The translations under genes were made by a program, and so were the position numbers. This document shows positions 18,901 to 26,673 of a stretch of 38,487 nt of DNA, in pieces. Origin of the DNA: a virus (lineage: Duplodnaviria; Caudoviricetes); the IMG/VR virus record IMGVR_UViG_3300012919_000017, positions 1-38,487 of that record; one strand, 5' to 3'. Position 1 is the first letter of the stretch, and each line of letters starts with the position of its first letter. The notes beneath the pieces are model-generated. The model worked only from the letters and a program-made list of their open reading frames with translations, made no database searches and had not been told where the DNA came from.

Positions 18901-20548
18901 TCCTTGTCTCTCCCTCTACCTGAGATGATGTTCCTGTCGTGGCTTTAGGTTCTCCCAAAGTAAATTTACAATTTAATCCATTAATATCAAAGAATCTACC
19001 TTGACTGACAGATACAATCAGGTCATCAAAAAATACTCCTACACCACCTCCCCCTTCAGTGGTGTTTGGTATGTCTTCCATTTCAAGAACCTTATCACCT
19101 TTGACTCTTAGTTGTGCTTTATTGTTTTGACCTTTTTTACTATTACTAACTATTTTGATATCATAAACTTTTCCAAACTCAACTTCTCTCTCAAAGGTTT
19201 CTTTTACATTATTATCAGCACCATAAGTTTTCTCTAAATTAATATCCAAACCTTCAATGATTATAGATGCCCCAAAAAGAGTAGCAGTTGATATTGAAAA
19301 TTCTATATTGTTGCTAGTTGGAAAATCACTTAACTCTTGTGCTTTAGCAACTTTTTGTGTTCTAGGATAATTGGTAAGGTCAACTCGTACTTTCTTAAAT
19401 CCACGTTTATCTATCGTTACTTTTGTTTCTTCTGGTGGTGATAATATATTACCTGCTGCACCACCTGTTCCTAATTTATAATTAGCTTTCTTTTTATTAT
19501 CAACATATAAAGACCCTTCATTATCACATTGTATTTTAAAAATATAATCTCCAGGATAAGGAAATTCTACATCCCATTCAAAATAATATTCTGTATTTGC
19601 CTCATCCTTTACATTCGACATTGGAATGGGTGATATGGCATGAGCATTCATGAAATTATTTAAATCAGTTCTCCATAATACTCCAAACTTCCACAATCTA
19701 TCATTAACAATATTACCTTTATCAGAGTCGGCTGCTTCATCATATTCTCCTTGTGGATCTACATTCGCACCCCATGCCCAGTGACTTACATCATACTTAG
19801 CACTGGTTATATTTCCTTTAGATGTAACTTTCTTAGGATTTTCCGTTCTACTAGTCCAGAAAGGATTTTTTGGTGCATTTAAAAATTCTATATAATCTTG
19901 AATTTGTTTTTGAAAAGGTGTCTGTCCAGAGTTTAAATATTCTTCAGGGTTCCACTTACCAATTACTTTTCCTGATGGAGAAAATTTAGTACCATATGTG
20001 ATAGGAACTTGAGGACATATTTTATAATCTTCAAAATCGTCTTCATCATCATACACAACAAACTTAGTAAACTGTTCATCCATTATTGCCTTTGCCACCA
20101 CACCAGCACCAACACCACAAGGATCTTTTACATCAACTATAGGTTCATATTGATATCCAAAACCACCTTCTATTAAATCTACTGCTATGACAGATCCACC
20201 AACGATAACTGGATTTGCTTTCGCACCTAAACCACCACCTCCACCAAATATAACTTTAGGAGTTTCTGAACCACTACATGTTTTTGCTACTGATACACCA
20301 TCACATGTTTCAACAGTTGTAAGTAAATCATTTGTTGTTAATTTATTTACTTCATTTATTCCCAAATATTGTATCTTTTCTCTATCTCTAAAAATAAAAA
20401 CTGTACCAGGATTTAATTTAGCATAATCATTTGCCTCACATATTGTGACATTAGAAACTAATCCTCTATCAGGAGAAATATATCCAACTCGGATATCATC
20501 TTTCTGAGGATCTCCAAATATGTCAAATGAGGAATTAGTAACTGTCAT
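15932..20548 (-). CDS. Large baseplate-associated structural protein with about four PA14-like domains
   Basis: About 1538 aa; likely start is ATG 20548 (the track uses TTG 20554). Four 'W...(F/I)P..G.Y.(F/I)....D(D/N)...(L/F).(I/V)' repeats; GG.GY modules near both ends. Confidence 0.75.
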   Translation of the reverse strand: MTVTNSSFDIFGDPQKDDIRVGYISPDRGLVSNVTICEANDYAKLNPGTVFIFRDREKIQYLGINEVNKLTTNDLLTTVETCDGVSVAKTCSGSETPKVIFGGGGGLGAKANPVIVGGSVIAVDLIEGGFGYQYEPIVDVKDPCGVGAGVVAKAIMDEQFTKFVVYDDEDDFEDYKICPQVPITYGTKFSPSGKVIGKWNPEEYLNSGQTPFQKQIQDYIEFLNAPKNPFWTSRTENPKKVTSKGNITSAKYDVSHWAWGANVDPQGEYDEAADSDKGNIVNDRLWKFGVLWRTDLNNFMNAHAISPIPMSNVKDEANTEYYFEWDVEFPYPGDYIFKIQCDNEGSLYVDNKKKANYKLGTGGAAGNILSPPEETKVTIDKRGFKKVRVDLTNYPRTQKVAKAQELSDFPTSNNIEFSISTATLFGASIIIEGLDINLEKTYGADNNVKETFEREVEFGKVYDIKIVSNSKKGQNNKAQLRVKGDKVLEMEDIPNTTEGGGGVGVFFDDLIVSVSQGRFFDINGLNCKFTLGEPKATTGTSSQVEGETRRVFNTMEFIDKANRELWRTNTLRESQRENSAEGFLNRYGVSPFDTTIEHETSYPGTHTIKWHNVNFPISGEYDIGVAVDDNVTLKIGDDVNIFKQGFFEGTSNSTGSSLYRRFIKAGNYTIVAELNQIPGGKFGLGPDDNPMALAINISTSFTEVDEKISQSWNQNPLGVAVTIEAPEPPIPQEPVPIQEGRCPSNPFWSTRFSSADGNKWHPVAFDSWSKFKNRYGMSPIPPYSLENTSGGGKKYTTQWEIDIPYEGFYKLKAEADDKAKFWIVPKGTSVNEPTLEVGIPENGIVPSKMVGLSPGKHDVFVEVENFFQGTTETISQRVFSTLGWGAQGTKKQIPDGGNFKDITFNVSSATLYGSQFTLFNGSLLNGPLINETKEFGGANFNSTHNLNIEKGKVYDVVFTSQSSGNNRGIEFTGLHPVNNPINVTNNGKRLALRDGDGTDINASFTIDSGSITFAPDGRSLVGSGDATLTLTWNDRRQAGRAIDRIKIGSVEWLRSGSGGTITRQITVGATSNNSSVQLKNKDGADNIVQMEDFTDESWDDITCSATDGRFYDFNGRRCKFTWGGDFKEILVGTSSGTAKDGVTYSGPDLFHLPFTGWGSFMNKFSVSPNKLEPDSPIVNYTWSNVSFPEDGEYEIKFQNDAHASLFIDNEEVIIGDFDTLPGVSDRDKANFTGEGKIKIVQVNAGARTISVRPTGIGTGFHAGRVDTLFQQPPNYVWQNNPSGFAIEIRKNVEVRGKTETGEDKTKSWMENPISVAGILIPPPCPREVKGKGIVKDVDIIEPGNGFPEPPTNPVGLSTYPVSLEVPVIITTDPGINYDPKDVVVVGVNTFSMPPLEPFGKLPPQIPIPTGIGVTEFPDIDIITDTGIGFKGTPKIVVRRDPLDVSDDQLIQVTDLVGLKQTGYYQGRPYYGAVFFKDGLAYAGYYETAGQLIRVYDTLQESIDGEVTTAPSAIQRQGTDVNSNNPRLNIPGTPQNLTE

Positions 20549-20554
20549 ATTCAA

Positions 20555-20561
20555 TATTTAT
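20555..20561 (-). promoter_or_regulatory. Late promoter-like ATAAATA
   Basis: Immediately after the gp5 stop. It sits very close to ATG 20548, implying a near-leaderless transcript if used. Confidence 0.4.
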
Positions 20562-23269
20562 CAATAACCTCCACCGCCTCCTCCACCACCTGATGAACCA
20601 CCTGATGAACCACTAGTGGGAGTAGATGAAGAAGTATCTGCTGCTGTTTCTGATGAAGATGCATCAAAACTAACCGCACCAGTTGCCACATTATTTGTAA
20701 TAGGTGCTTGTCCTGCCTCTGTAGGAACAGAACTTGAAGCAATATTTGTTGTTCTGTTAACCAAATCTATAGTTTTCTTTAAAGTAGGTTCTGCGAAAGG
20801 AATAACTTCTTTTGCTGCTATTTTAGCTCCTTCATTTATTTGTTTTGGTAACTGAGCAAAATTAGGTAGTTCAAAATCTGGTTGACCCTCTCCACCATTT
20901 GCAAGTGTATAGAAATCAGAAACAGCAGGGTTTGGTGGCAACTCAAATGGGAACACGTTTGCAGTTATATTTTCAAAGTTAAGAGCAGAAGTTACATTAC
21001 CAACTAAATTACTCAAATTGAATCCAGAATTAGATAATTTTTTAGGAGATGAAGTATTAGTAGCAACTTTATCACCAATATCACTGATAGAAATAATCAT
21101 GAAAGTACCATCATCACTACCACCAAGAACTGTATAAACGTCTCCTACAACATATCCATTACCACCCTCATTAATTTTAATAGCACCATCATCTATCTTT
21201 CCTTCAACAGCAGTTAAAGTAAATTTTGCATCAAAGTTTCCTGCTTGCACTGTAAGTTCTTCATCTTTTTTATATCCTGTTCCTGTAGTATGAACGAACA
21301 TTGTGGTAATCTCACCAGCAGATGTTACTAAATTAACTTTCATACCTGTTCCAGATCCACCATTACAATTAACAGCATTTTGATTTGTATATCCTGTTCC
21401 CTGACTTAAAAATTCAAAGTCAGTTGCACCTCCTGCATTTCCAAAACCAGCGAGACCACCAAGAGATACTGTTATGTCAACAGTAAGTCCTTGTCCTGTT
21501 GTTTCTGCCGTTGTAAATCCAACTGGTGGGTTAGGTGATCTACTAGGATCTGTACTATTCTTAAATATAGTTCCAACTCTTGATGTAGTTTTATATAATG
21601 TTCCACCCCTAACCTCATCTAATACTTCCTCATCAGTTATTTCTAAAACTTTACCAGCATCAGTATTTGTTTGAACCCTTTCAACAAGGTCGTCATCTAA
21701 TCTTTCTAATTCACTTTTAATGTCTTTTAAATAAACATTTGTTCCGTCCAAAATTTGACTATTAATACTTGTAATACCAACCTTAACATTAGATATAGCT
21801 TGCCCTATTATACTTTCTGCAGAACAAATTGGAACATTTGGATGAGATACATCCTCCTCTATTAAAATTGATCTCTGTATCAATCTTCCAGTTTCTGGAT
21901 CAACCACAGTTTGTTCTGTAGTTATGCCAACTTTTGCAGCGTTTTCCTCAGCTTGTTTTTGAAGAGAATTTACATCAATCTGTTCTTCTAAAATACTTTC
22001 TAATAATCCACACATTCCATTTGTTATCTCATTATATTTTTCGAGTAATTTTTCATTTCCAATATCCATCATGTCCCCCATTTGATATCTCATACAGGAA
22101 GGCATGTCTGAAATAGCTTCACTTATCTCTTCATTCAATGTCTTACTAGTATATTCCATCATCTTATCAAGTATTATTTTCATATACTTTGACATTGCAC
22201 ATGCAGAATCTTTTTTTAATTTAGTAAGTGTATTAATATTTGGTCCTCCCGAAACAGCATCTGCATAATCACTAAAAGAAGATAAGTATTTTTCAGTTTT
22301 CTTAGCAAGATTTTCTGAAATAGTTTGCATAGCCTTTACCGCAGATCCAACTGTATCATCTGGAACTACTAAAACAGTTTTCTCTTGATACTTGTCTTCT
22401 CTCTTCTGAGTTTCTGCTGTTTGCATCTGCAAACAATCTACAGACTCAATAGTAGCACCTGCTTGAGAGGGAGAACCTGGTTTGTTTGCTCCTGCTACTC
22501 TCCTTCTCATAGAAGTGACAACTTTATTTTGTATAAAGTTATCTTCCATTGATTGAGTTATCTCATCTACATTCTCAACATTAAAAAATTTTTTCGTTAA
22601 TTCAGGAGCACTTTTAATACGTTCAATTTCTGATTTAGCATCATTAAGATCTGCTAGTTGATTAGGATTTGATGGTAAATTAAAGGGCAATCCAAATTTA
22701 TTTAAATCAACACCAGAATCTAGTATAGATTCTTCTTTTGCATCACTTTTTGATTTTGGTTTTTTTATAACCTTTTCATTGTCTGGAATAGGTTCTTTTT
22801 CTGTTCCTTGTTTATCCTCTTGACCCTGAGCAACTCCACTAGTTCCTGAAAAATTACTCTCATCATTACCAATTTTTGTGTTTAGTAGAGTTTTGGAATT
22901 ATTACCCAACACTCCCATGATGACAGGAACCTGCATGTCCTGTCCATCCATGTAAAATCCAAACACAAACATTCCTTGACGGAGGTTTGCAGATTGATGC
23001 GAACCTGCTTGTCCACCACCAGCAGTAACGGGGTACATGATATTTGCCCAAGGCAATTGATCAGAAGGAATTGTTTCTTCTTCTTTATCATGTACTCCAA
23101 TAATTCTTACTCTATATCTTTTTCCCCAACCTAAAGGAGTATCTCTATCAGGATATTTACTAGAAAGCTCATTATCTCTCCAAGTAGAATCGTCAGCAAT
23201 CTGACCCATCCACCAATAGAAACTGCTTCCAAAGAAACCTGTGTTAAATAATGAACCTCCTTCCATCAT
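20561..23269 (-). CDS. gp5: Baseplate hub/spike protein gp5 (N-terminal OB-fold; no recognisable lysozyme domain)
   Basis: 902 aa. FYWWMGQI...RYRVRIIGVH...IPSDQLPWA...G.FVFGFYMDGQDMQVPVIMG matches the gp5/VgrG OB-fold signature. Confidence 0.85.
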   Translation of the reverse strand: MMEGGSLFNTGFFGSSFYWWMGQIADDSTWRDNELSSKYPDRDTPLGWGKRYRVRIIGVHDKEEETIPSDQLPWANIMYPVTAGGGQAGSHQSANLRQGMFVFGFYMDGQDMQVPVIMGVLGNNSKTLLNTKIGNDESNFSGTSGVAQGQEDKQGTEKEPIPDNEKVIKKPKSKSDAKEESILDSGVDLNKFGLPFNLPSNPNQLADLNDAKSEIERIKSAPELTKKFFNVENVDEITQSMEDNFIQNKVVTSMRRRVAGANKPGSPSQAGATIESVDCLQMQTAETQKREDKYQEKTVLVVPDDTVGSAVKAMQTISENLAKKTEKYLSSFSDYADAVSGGPNINTLTKLKKDSACAMSKYMKIILDKMMEYTSKTLNEEISEAISDMPSCMRYQMGDMMDIGNEKLLEKYNEITNGMCGLLESILEEQIDVNSLQKQAEENAAKVGITTEQTVVDPETGRLIQRSILIEEDVSHPNVPICSAESIIGQAISNVKVGITSINSQILDGTNVYLKDIKSELERLDDDLVERVQTNTDAGKVLEITDEEVLDEVRGGTLYKTTSRVGTIFKNSTDPSRSPNPPVGFTTAETTGQGLTVDITVSLGGLAGFGNAGGATDFEFLSQGTGYTNQNAVNCNGGSGTGMKVNLVTSAGEITTMFVHTTGTGYKKDEELTVQAGNFDAKFTLTAVEGKIDDGAIKINEGGNGYVVGDVYTVLGGSDDGTFMIISISDIGDKVATNTSSPKKLSNSGFNLSNLVGNVTSALNFENITANVFPFELPPNPAVSDFYTLANGGEGQPDFELPNFAQLPKQINEGAKIAAKEVIPFAEPTLKKTIDLVNRTTNIASSSVPTEAGQAPITNNVATGAVSFDASSSETAADTSSSTPTSGSSGGSSGGGGGGGGY

Positions 23270-23272
23270 CTA

Positions 23273-23515
23273 TTAATCATCGTATACTCTACACTCTAAT
23301 GCATCTGGATGGTTGTCACAAAAAAGTTCTAAATGCTGATCCTCATGCCTTTCATGCCAATCATTTATTTTTGCATCATTCTTATCCACTTCATCTTCTG
23401 TGTGTGCATGAAAAGCATCATTATGAAGTTTTAAATCTTCCTCTGTATATTCTAACATACCATGATTGATATGCTCTTTGTGATCCTTTGGATCAATGTA
23501 TGCGTTGTTCGTCAT
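23273..23515 (-). CDS. CP12-like, His/acid-rich small protein
   Basis: 80 aa. The C-terminus LELFCDNHPDALECRVYDD matches the CP12 C-x8-C...YDD tail; 10 His residues. Confidence 0.7.
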   Translation of the reverse strand: MTNNAYIDPKDHKEHINHGMLEYTEEDLKLHNDAFHAHTEDEVDKNDAKINDWHERHEDQHLELFCDNHPDALECRVYDD

Positions 23516-23525
23516 GGGTATCTAT

Positions 23526-24881
23526 TTAAGTAGGTTTACCTTTTCGACCAAAAGTATCTCGCACTAAATTTAATTTTGTGTAAGTTTCGTTTGGGGTTAT
23601 GAAGTGACATAAATCTGCTATAATATATAGACCCCCACTTTCCTTGTTCACATCATCATTTTTAGTTTCAGTCTGTAACTCTGGTGCATCCACAAATATA
23701 GCATCTCCTGCGTGTAATGAGAAGTCCCCTGCTATGACTATTGTGTTGATTGCAGCAAATAACTGATTATATCTCATCACAGACTGTGCAAGAATTTTTT
23801 TAGCATCATAATTTTGCTTATCACATTCAGACAATTGATCTTTCGTGGTGTCAACTGGTTTATTATCTCCTTTAGAACCCGTGGGTAAAGTTCCAGTATC
23901 TAACATCATGAACATAGTTCTTGAGAATTCTTTTGAAAGACCCTCTTGATTAAACTCTTTATTAAGAACTGGTAAATTTTTTCCAGCAGTCTTTATACCC
24001 TCTTTCTTTTCTATGTCTGTTGCATCATTAGTCAACACTTCGTAAACACAATCAAAAGGATTAAAAACGACTGTACGAGTTGAGTATGCACCCATTCGCA
24101 ATTTGTTTTGTACATTTACTGCATTATCCTTTTCATATGATAATGCTTTCATATCATATCCCTCTGGTATGTTTTCACCATCACCATCAGGAGTTTCATT
24201 ATAGATAATAGATTTTTTCTTTTCTTGACTTAGTAATGAATCGATTGATTTGAATTTAAATCCTTCTGATGTTTCATAGAGAAAAAATCCTGCGGTGTTA
24301 CCATCTGAATTTTGAGTAGATGGAACAGATGCCTTTGAGAGATAGTTCAACATGTAATATGGTTTTTTATTCAATCCAAGAAAATTATAATTGTTTTGTG
24401 TTTCTTCAATATCCAAATCCTTTTCTGTCTTAAGAACTTCTTCTAGTATTTTTTTAACATGTTCAGATATTTTACCATCAAATCTTCTAGCAACTCTTAC
24501 TTTCTCATTCATTATAAATTCTTTTGATGCCAAGTCAATTGCAACACCAGAACGTGTAGTATCGTCAAAGAAAGGTGTTATTTTATTTACAAATAACTCA
24601 ATATCAATTGTGTTTTCATTGTTATCGGTAAATTTTACTCTAACTTTTTCCTGTCCAACCATAGGAAGTCCATCTATTACAGTCTTATCATCAATAGAAC
24701 TTCCACTATCACCATATATAACTACTGCTCTCACAGAATCTTGCAGAATGCTTTCATAATATTGCAATCGAACTAATCCAGTAGCAACATCAACTGTTCT
24801 ACTTTCATCCTGATTGGATACAATTTTTATACCCTCTACAAAAGCAGGAGTGGCATTACGTGTTGGTATTTTTTGTGTCAT
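23526..24881 (-). CDS. Baseplate hub protein (gp27-like / phage late-control D family)
   Basis: 451 aa. 'YYESI...GFFLYETSEGFKFKSIDSL...GDFSLHAGD.I......SGLYII..LCH.I......TKL.LVRD' pattern; between the tape-measure-like genes and gp5. Confidence 0.7.
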   Translation of the reverse strand: MTQKIPTRNATPAFVEGIKIVSNQDESRTVDVATGLVRLQYYESILQDSVRAVVIYGDSGSSIDDKTVIDGLPMVGQEKVRVKFTDNNENTIDIELFVNKITPFFDDTTRSGVAIDLASKEFIMNEKVRVARRFDGKISEHVKKILEEVLKTEKDLDIEETQNNYNFLGLNKKPYYMLNYLSKASVPSTQNSDGNTAGFFLYETSEGFKFKSIDSLLSQEKKKSIIYNETPDGDGENIPEGYDMKALSYEKDNAVNVQNKLRMGAYSTRTVVFNPFDCVYEVLTNDATDIEKKEGIKTAGKNLPVLNKEFNQEGLSKEFSRTMFMMLDTGTLPTGSKGDNKPVDTTKDQLSECDKQNYDAKKILAQSVMRYNQLFAAINTIVIAGDFSLHAGDAIFVDAPELQTETKNDDVNKESGGLYIIADLCHFITPNETYTKLNLVRDTFGRKGKPT

Positions 24882-24900
24882 TTATATTTCCTCATATTAC

Positions 24901-24907
24901 TATTTAA
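24901..24907 (-). promoter_or_regulatory. Late promoter variant TTAAATA overlapping a stop codon
   Basis: About 20 nt upstream of ATG 24881; GAGG Shine-Dalgarno between them. Confidence 0.45.
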
Positions 24908-26673
24908 CCTGTCATGTACAAGGACTCAGCAAAGTCCTCTTTAGATGAATTTGTTGACGACACATTTATACTATCAGAACTTTGAGTTGTATTTGAAGGT
25001 GGTGGTGGTATCTCTATTGGGATTAATTCAACCTCTGGTTCTTCATAGGTTGCTTTTTTACTTACATCATCTGCAACTTTATTACTATCTTTCTTTTGTT
25101 TGTTTGATAATTTTGCTGACTTATCATCATCCTTCACCTCTTTCATAGGTTCTCTAGAAAAGAAAGCTTTACCCATGAGTTTAACTTTAGGTAATGGATT
25201 AGGGTTAAGCATAAAACGAGCTAAACCAAAACCTTTAGGTAATCCCTCTAGAAATCTACCAACACCATCCTTTAACCAATTGAAAACTACCTTACCACCT
25301 GATAACAACTTAGTAAAATCTTCCTTCATTCTGTTTCCAACTGCTGCTGCACCCTTTCCTAATATTAATTCATAGAGTAAATCACCAATATACACACCAA
25401 TCGTTTCACCGATCAAAGTTCCGAGAATAGGAATAGGTATGAATGATCCTAGAAAACCACCAGCAGCAGCACCAAAAGTTTTAAATAATGCTTGACTTGC
25501 TGGTTCCCCAGACATTATGGAAATAATACCAACTATTAATGGACCTAGAATTGGTATTTTTTTAGCAAACCCAGACGCAGCTTTAACAGCACCTTTACCA
25601 AATAATTTTAATGCTCCTCTCTTTGCTAGTCCTCCTACACCCTTTTTCATTAAACTGCTTCCAGTCTTCGTGGCAGCCTTTATACCCTGTCTAACACCTC
25701 TTCCTGCAATTCTCTTAGCACCAACACCAATTCTTCTTCCAACACTTGATGCCAGTCCACCCAACTTGCTTGCAGTTTTGCTAAGTAAACCTCCCGTTAA
25801 TTTGTTTATGATACCTACTGCACCTTTAATAATATTTTTAGCAAGATTAAAAGCACCCTTTATATTTGATACAATTGCTTTAAATATTTTTTCTCCTATT
25901 AATTTCCATGCTATAAATCCGTTAATCAAATTCTTCAAATTATCCATGAAGATATTAAATTTCGCCAATCCCTCTTCACCAAAAAGATTTTTAACTAAAT
26001 TCTGACCCATCTCAACTAACTTGTACCCAAAATCAATCAGTGTTGCAAAAATATTGAGAACCTTTCCTGAAAAATCTAAAAATCCATCAACAAACGCTCC
26101 TATTTTAGGCAATGCTGTTTGCAACTTTGGTAAAAAATCTACCAATCTTACCATTACATATCCAAAAAGAATATTAGATACAAACTTTATAATAGAATTA
26201 AGTATACCACCACCAGGTAATTTGAGTTTTAATCCTTTTCCTTTAGATTGTTTTGGTTCCTTCTTTTCTAATTCTTTTTCTTGCTCTGCTAATTTCTTTT
26301 GATCTCTTGCTTCTCTTTCTTCATCCAATTTTTTCTTTTGAAAAGCAACAGAATTTCCTAGAAGAGTTTCTACAGATATTATAGATGTCTTTATTTTTAA
26401 TGCTAAAGTTTCCGCAGAGTCATTTGATTTTACTTTATCATCAGAACCACCACTATACTTTTGAATTGCACCTGCAGGAGAGGGAACCATAGATGTCTTT
26501 GGTCTGATCGCTAATGCTCCACCACTCTCCTCACCACCACCCATGACCTGCTGTGCCCTCTGCCTTCGAGCATCAGTTTTCTTCTTTCTATTTAATAACT
26601 TATCAGTAGCAATTTTCTTCGCACCACCTTTAAGTGCTCCACCTACTGTTTTGAGTGCTAATCCTAATGCCAT
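24904..26673 (-). CDS. Tape-measure-like / ejected membrane-interacting protein 2
   Basis: 589 aa. Coiled coil, amphipathic helices and G/A-rich hydrophobic segments (GAAAGGFLGSFIPIPILGTLIGETIG); gp29-equivalent position. Confidence 0.6.
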   Translation of the reverse strand: MALGLALKTVGGALKGGAKKIATDKLLNRKKKTDARRQRAQQVMGGGEESGGALAIRPKTSMVPSPAGAIQKYSGGSDDKVKSNDSAETLALKIKTSIISVETLLGNSVAFQKKKLDEEREARDQKKLAEQEKELEKKEPKQSKGKGLKLKLPGGGILNSIIKFVSNILFGYVMVRLVDFLPKLQTALPKIGAFVDGFLDFSGKVLNIFATLIDFGYKLVEMGQNLVKNLFGEEGLAKFNIFMDNLKNLINGFIAWKLIGEKIFKAIVSNIKGAFNLAKNIIKGAVGIINKLTGGLLSKTASKLGGLASSVGRRIGVGAKRIAGRGVRQGIKAATKTGSSLMKKGVGGLAKRGALKLFGKGAVKAASGFAKKIPILGPLIVGIISIMSGEPASQALFKTFGAAAGGFLGSFIPIPILGTLIGETIGVYIGDLLYELILGKGAAAVGNRMKEDFTKLLSGGKVVFNWLKDGVGRFLEGLPKGFGLARFMLNPNPLPKVKLMGKAFFSREPMKEVKDDDKSAKLSNKQKKDSNKVADDVSKKATYEEPEVELIPIEIPPPPSNTTQSSDSINVSSTNSSKEDFAESLYMTG

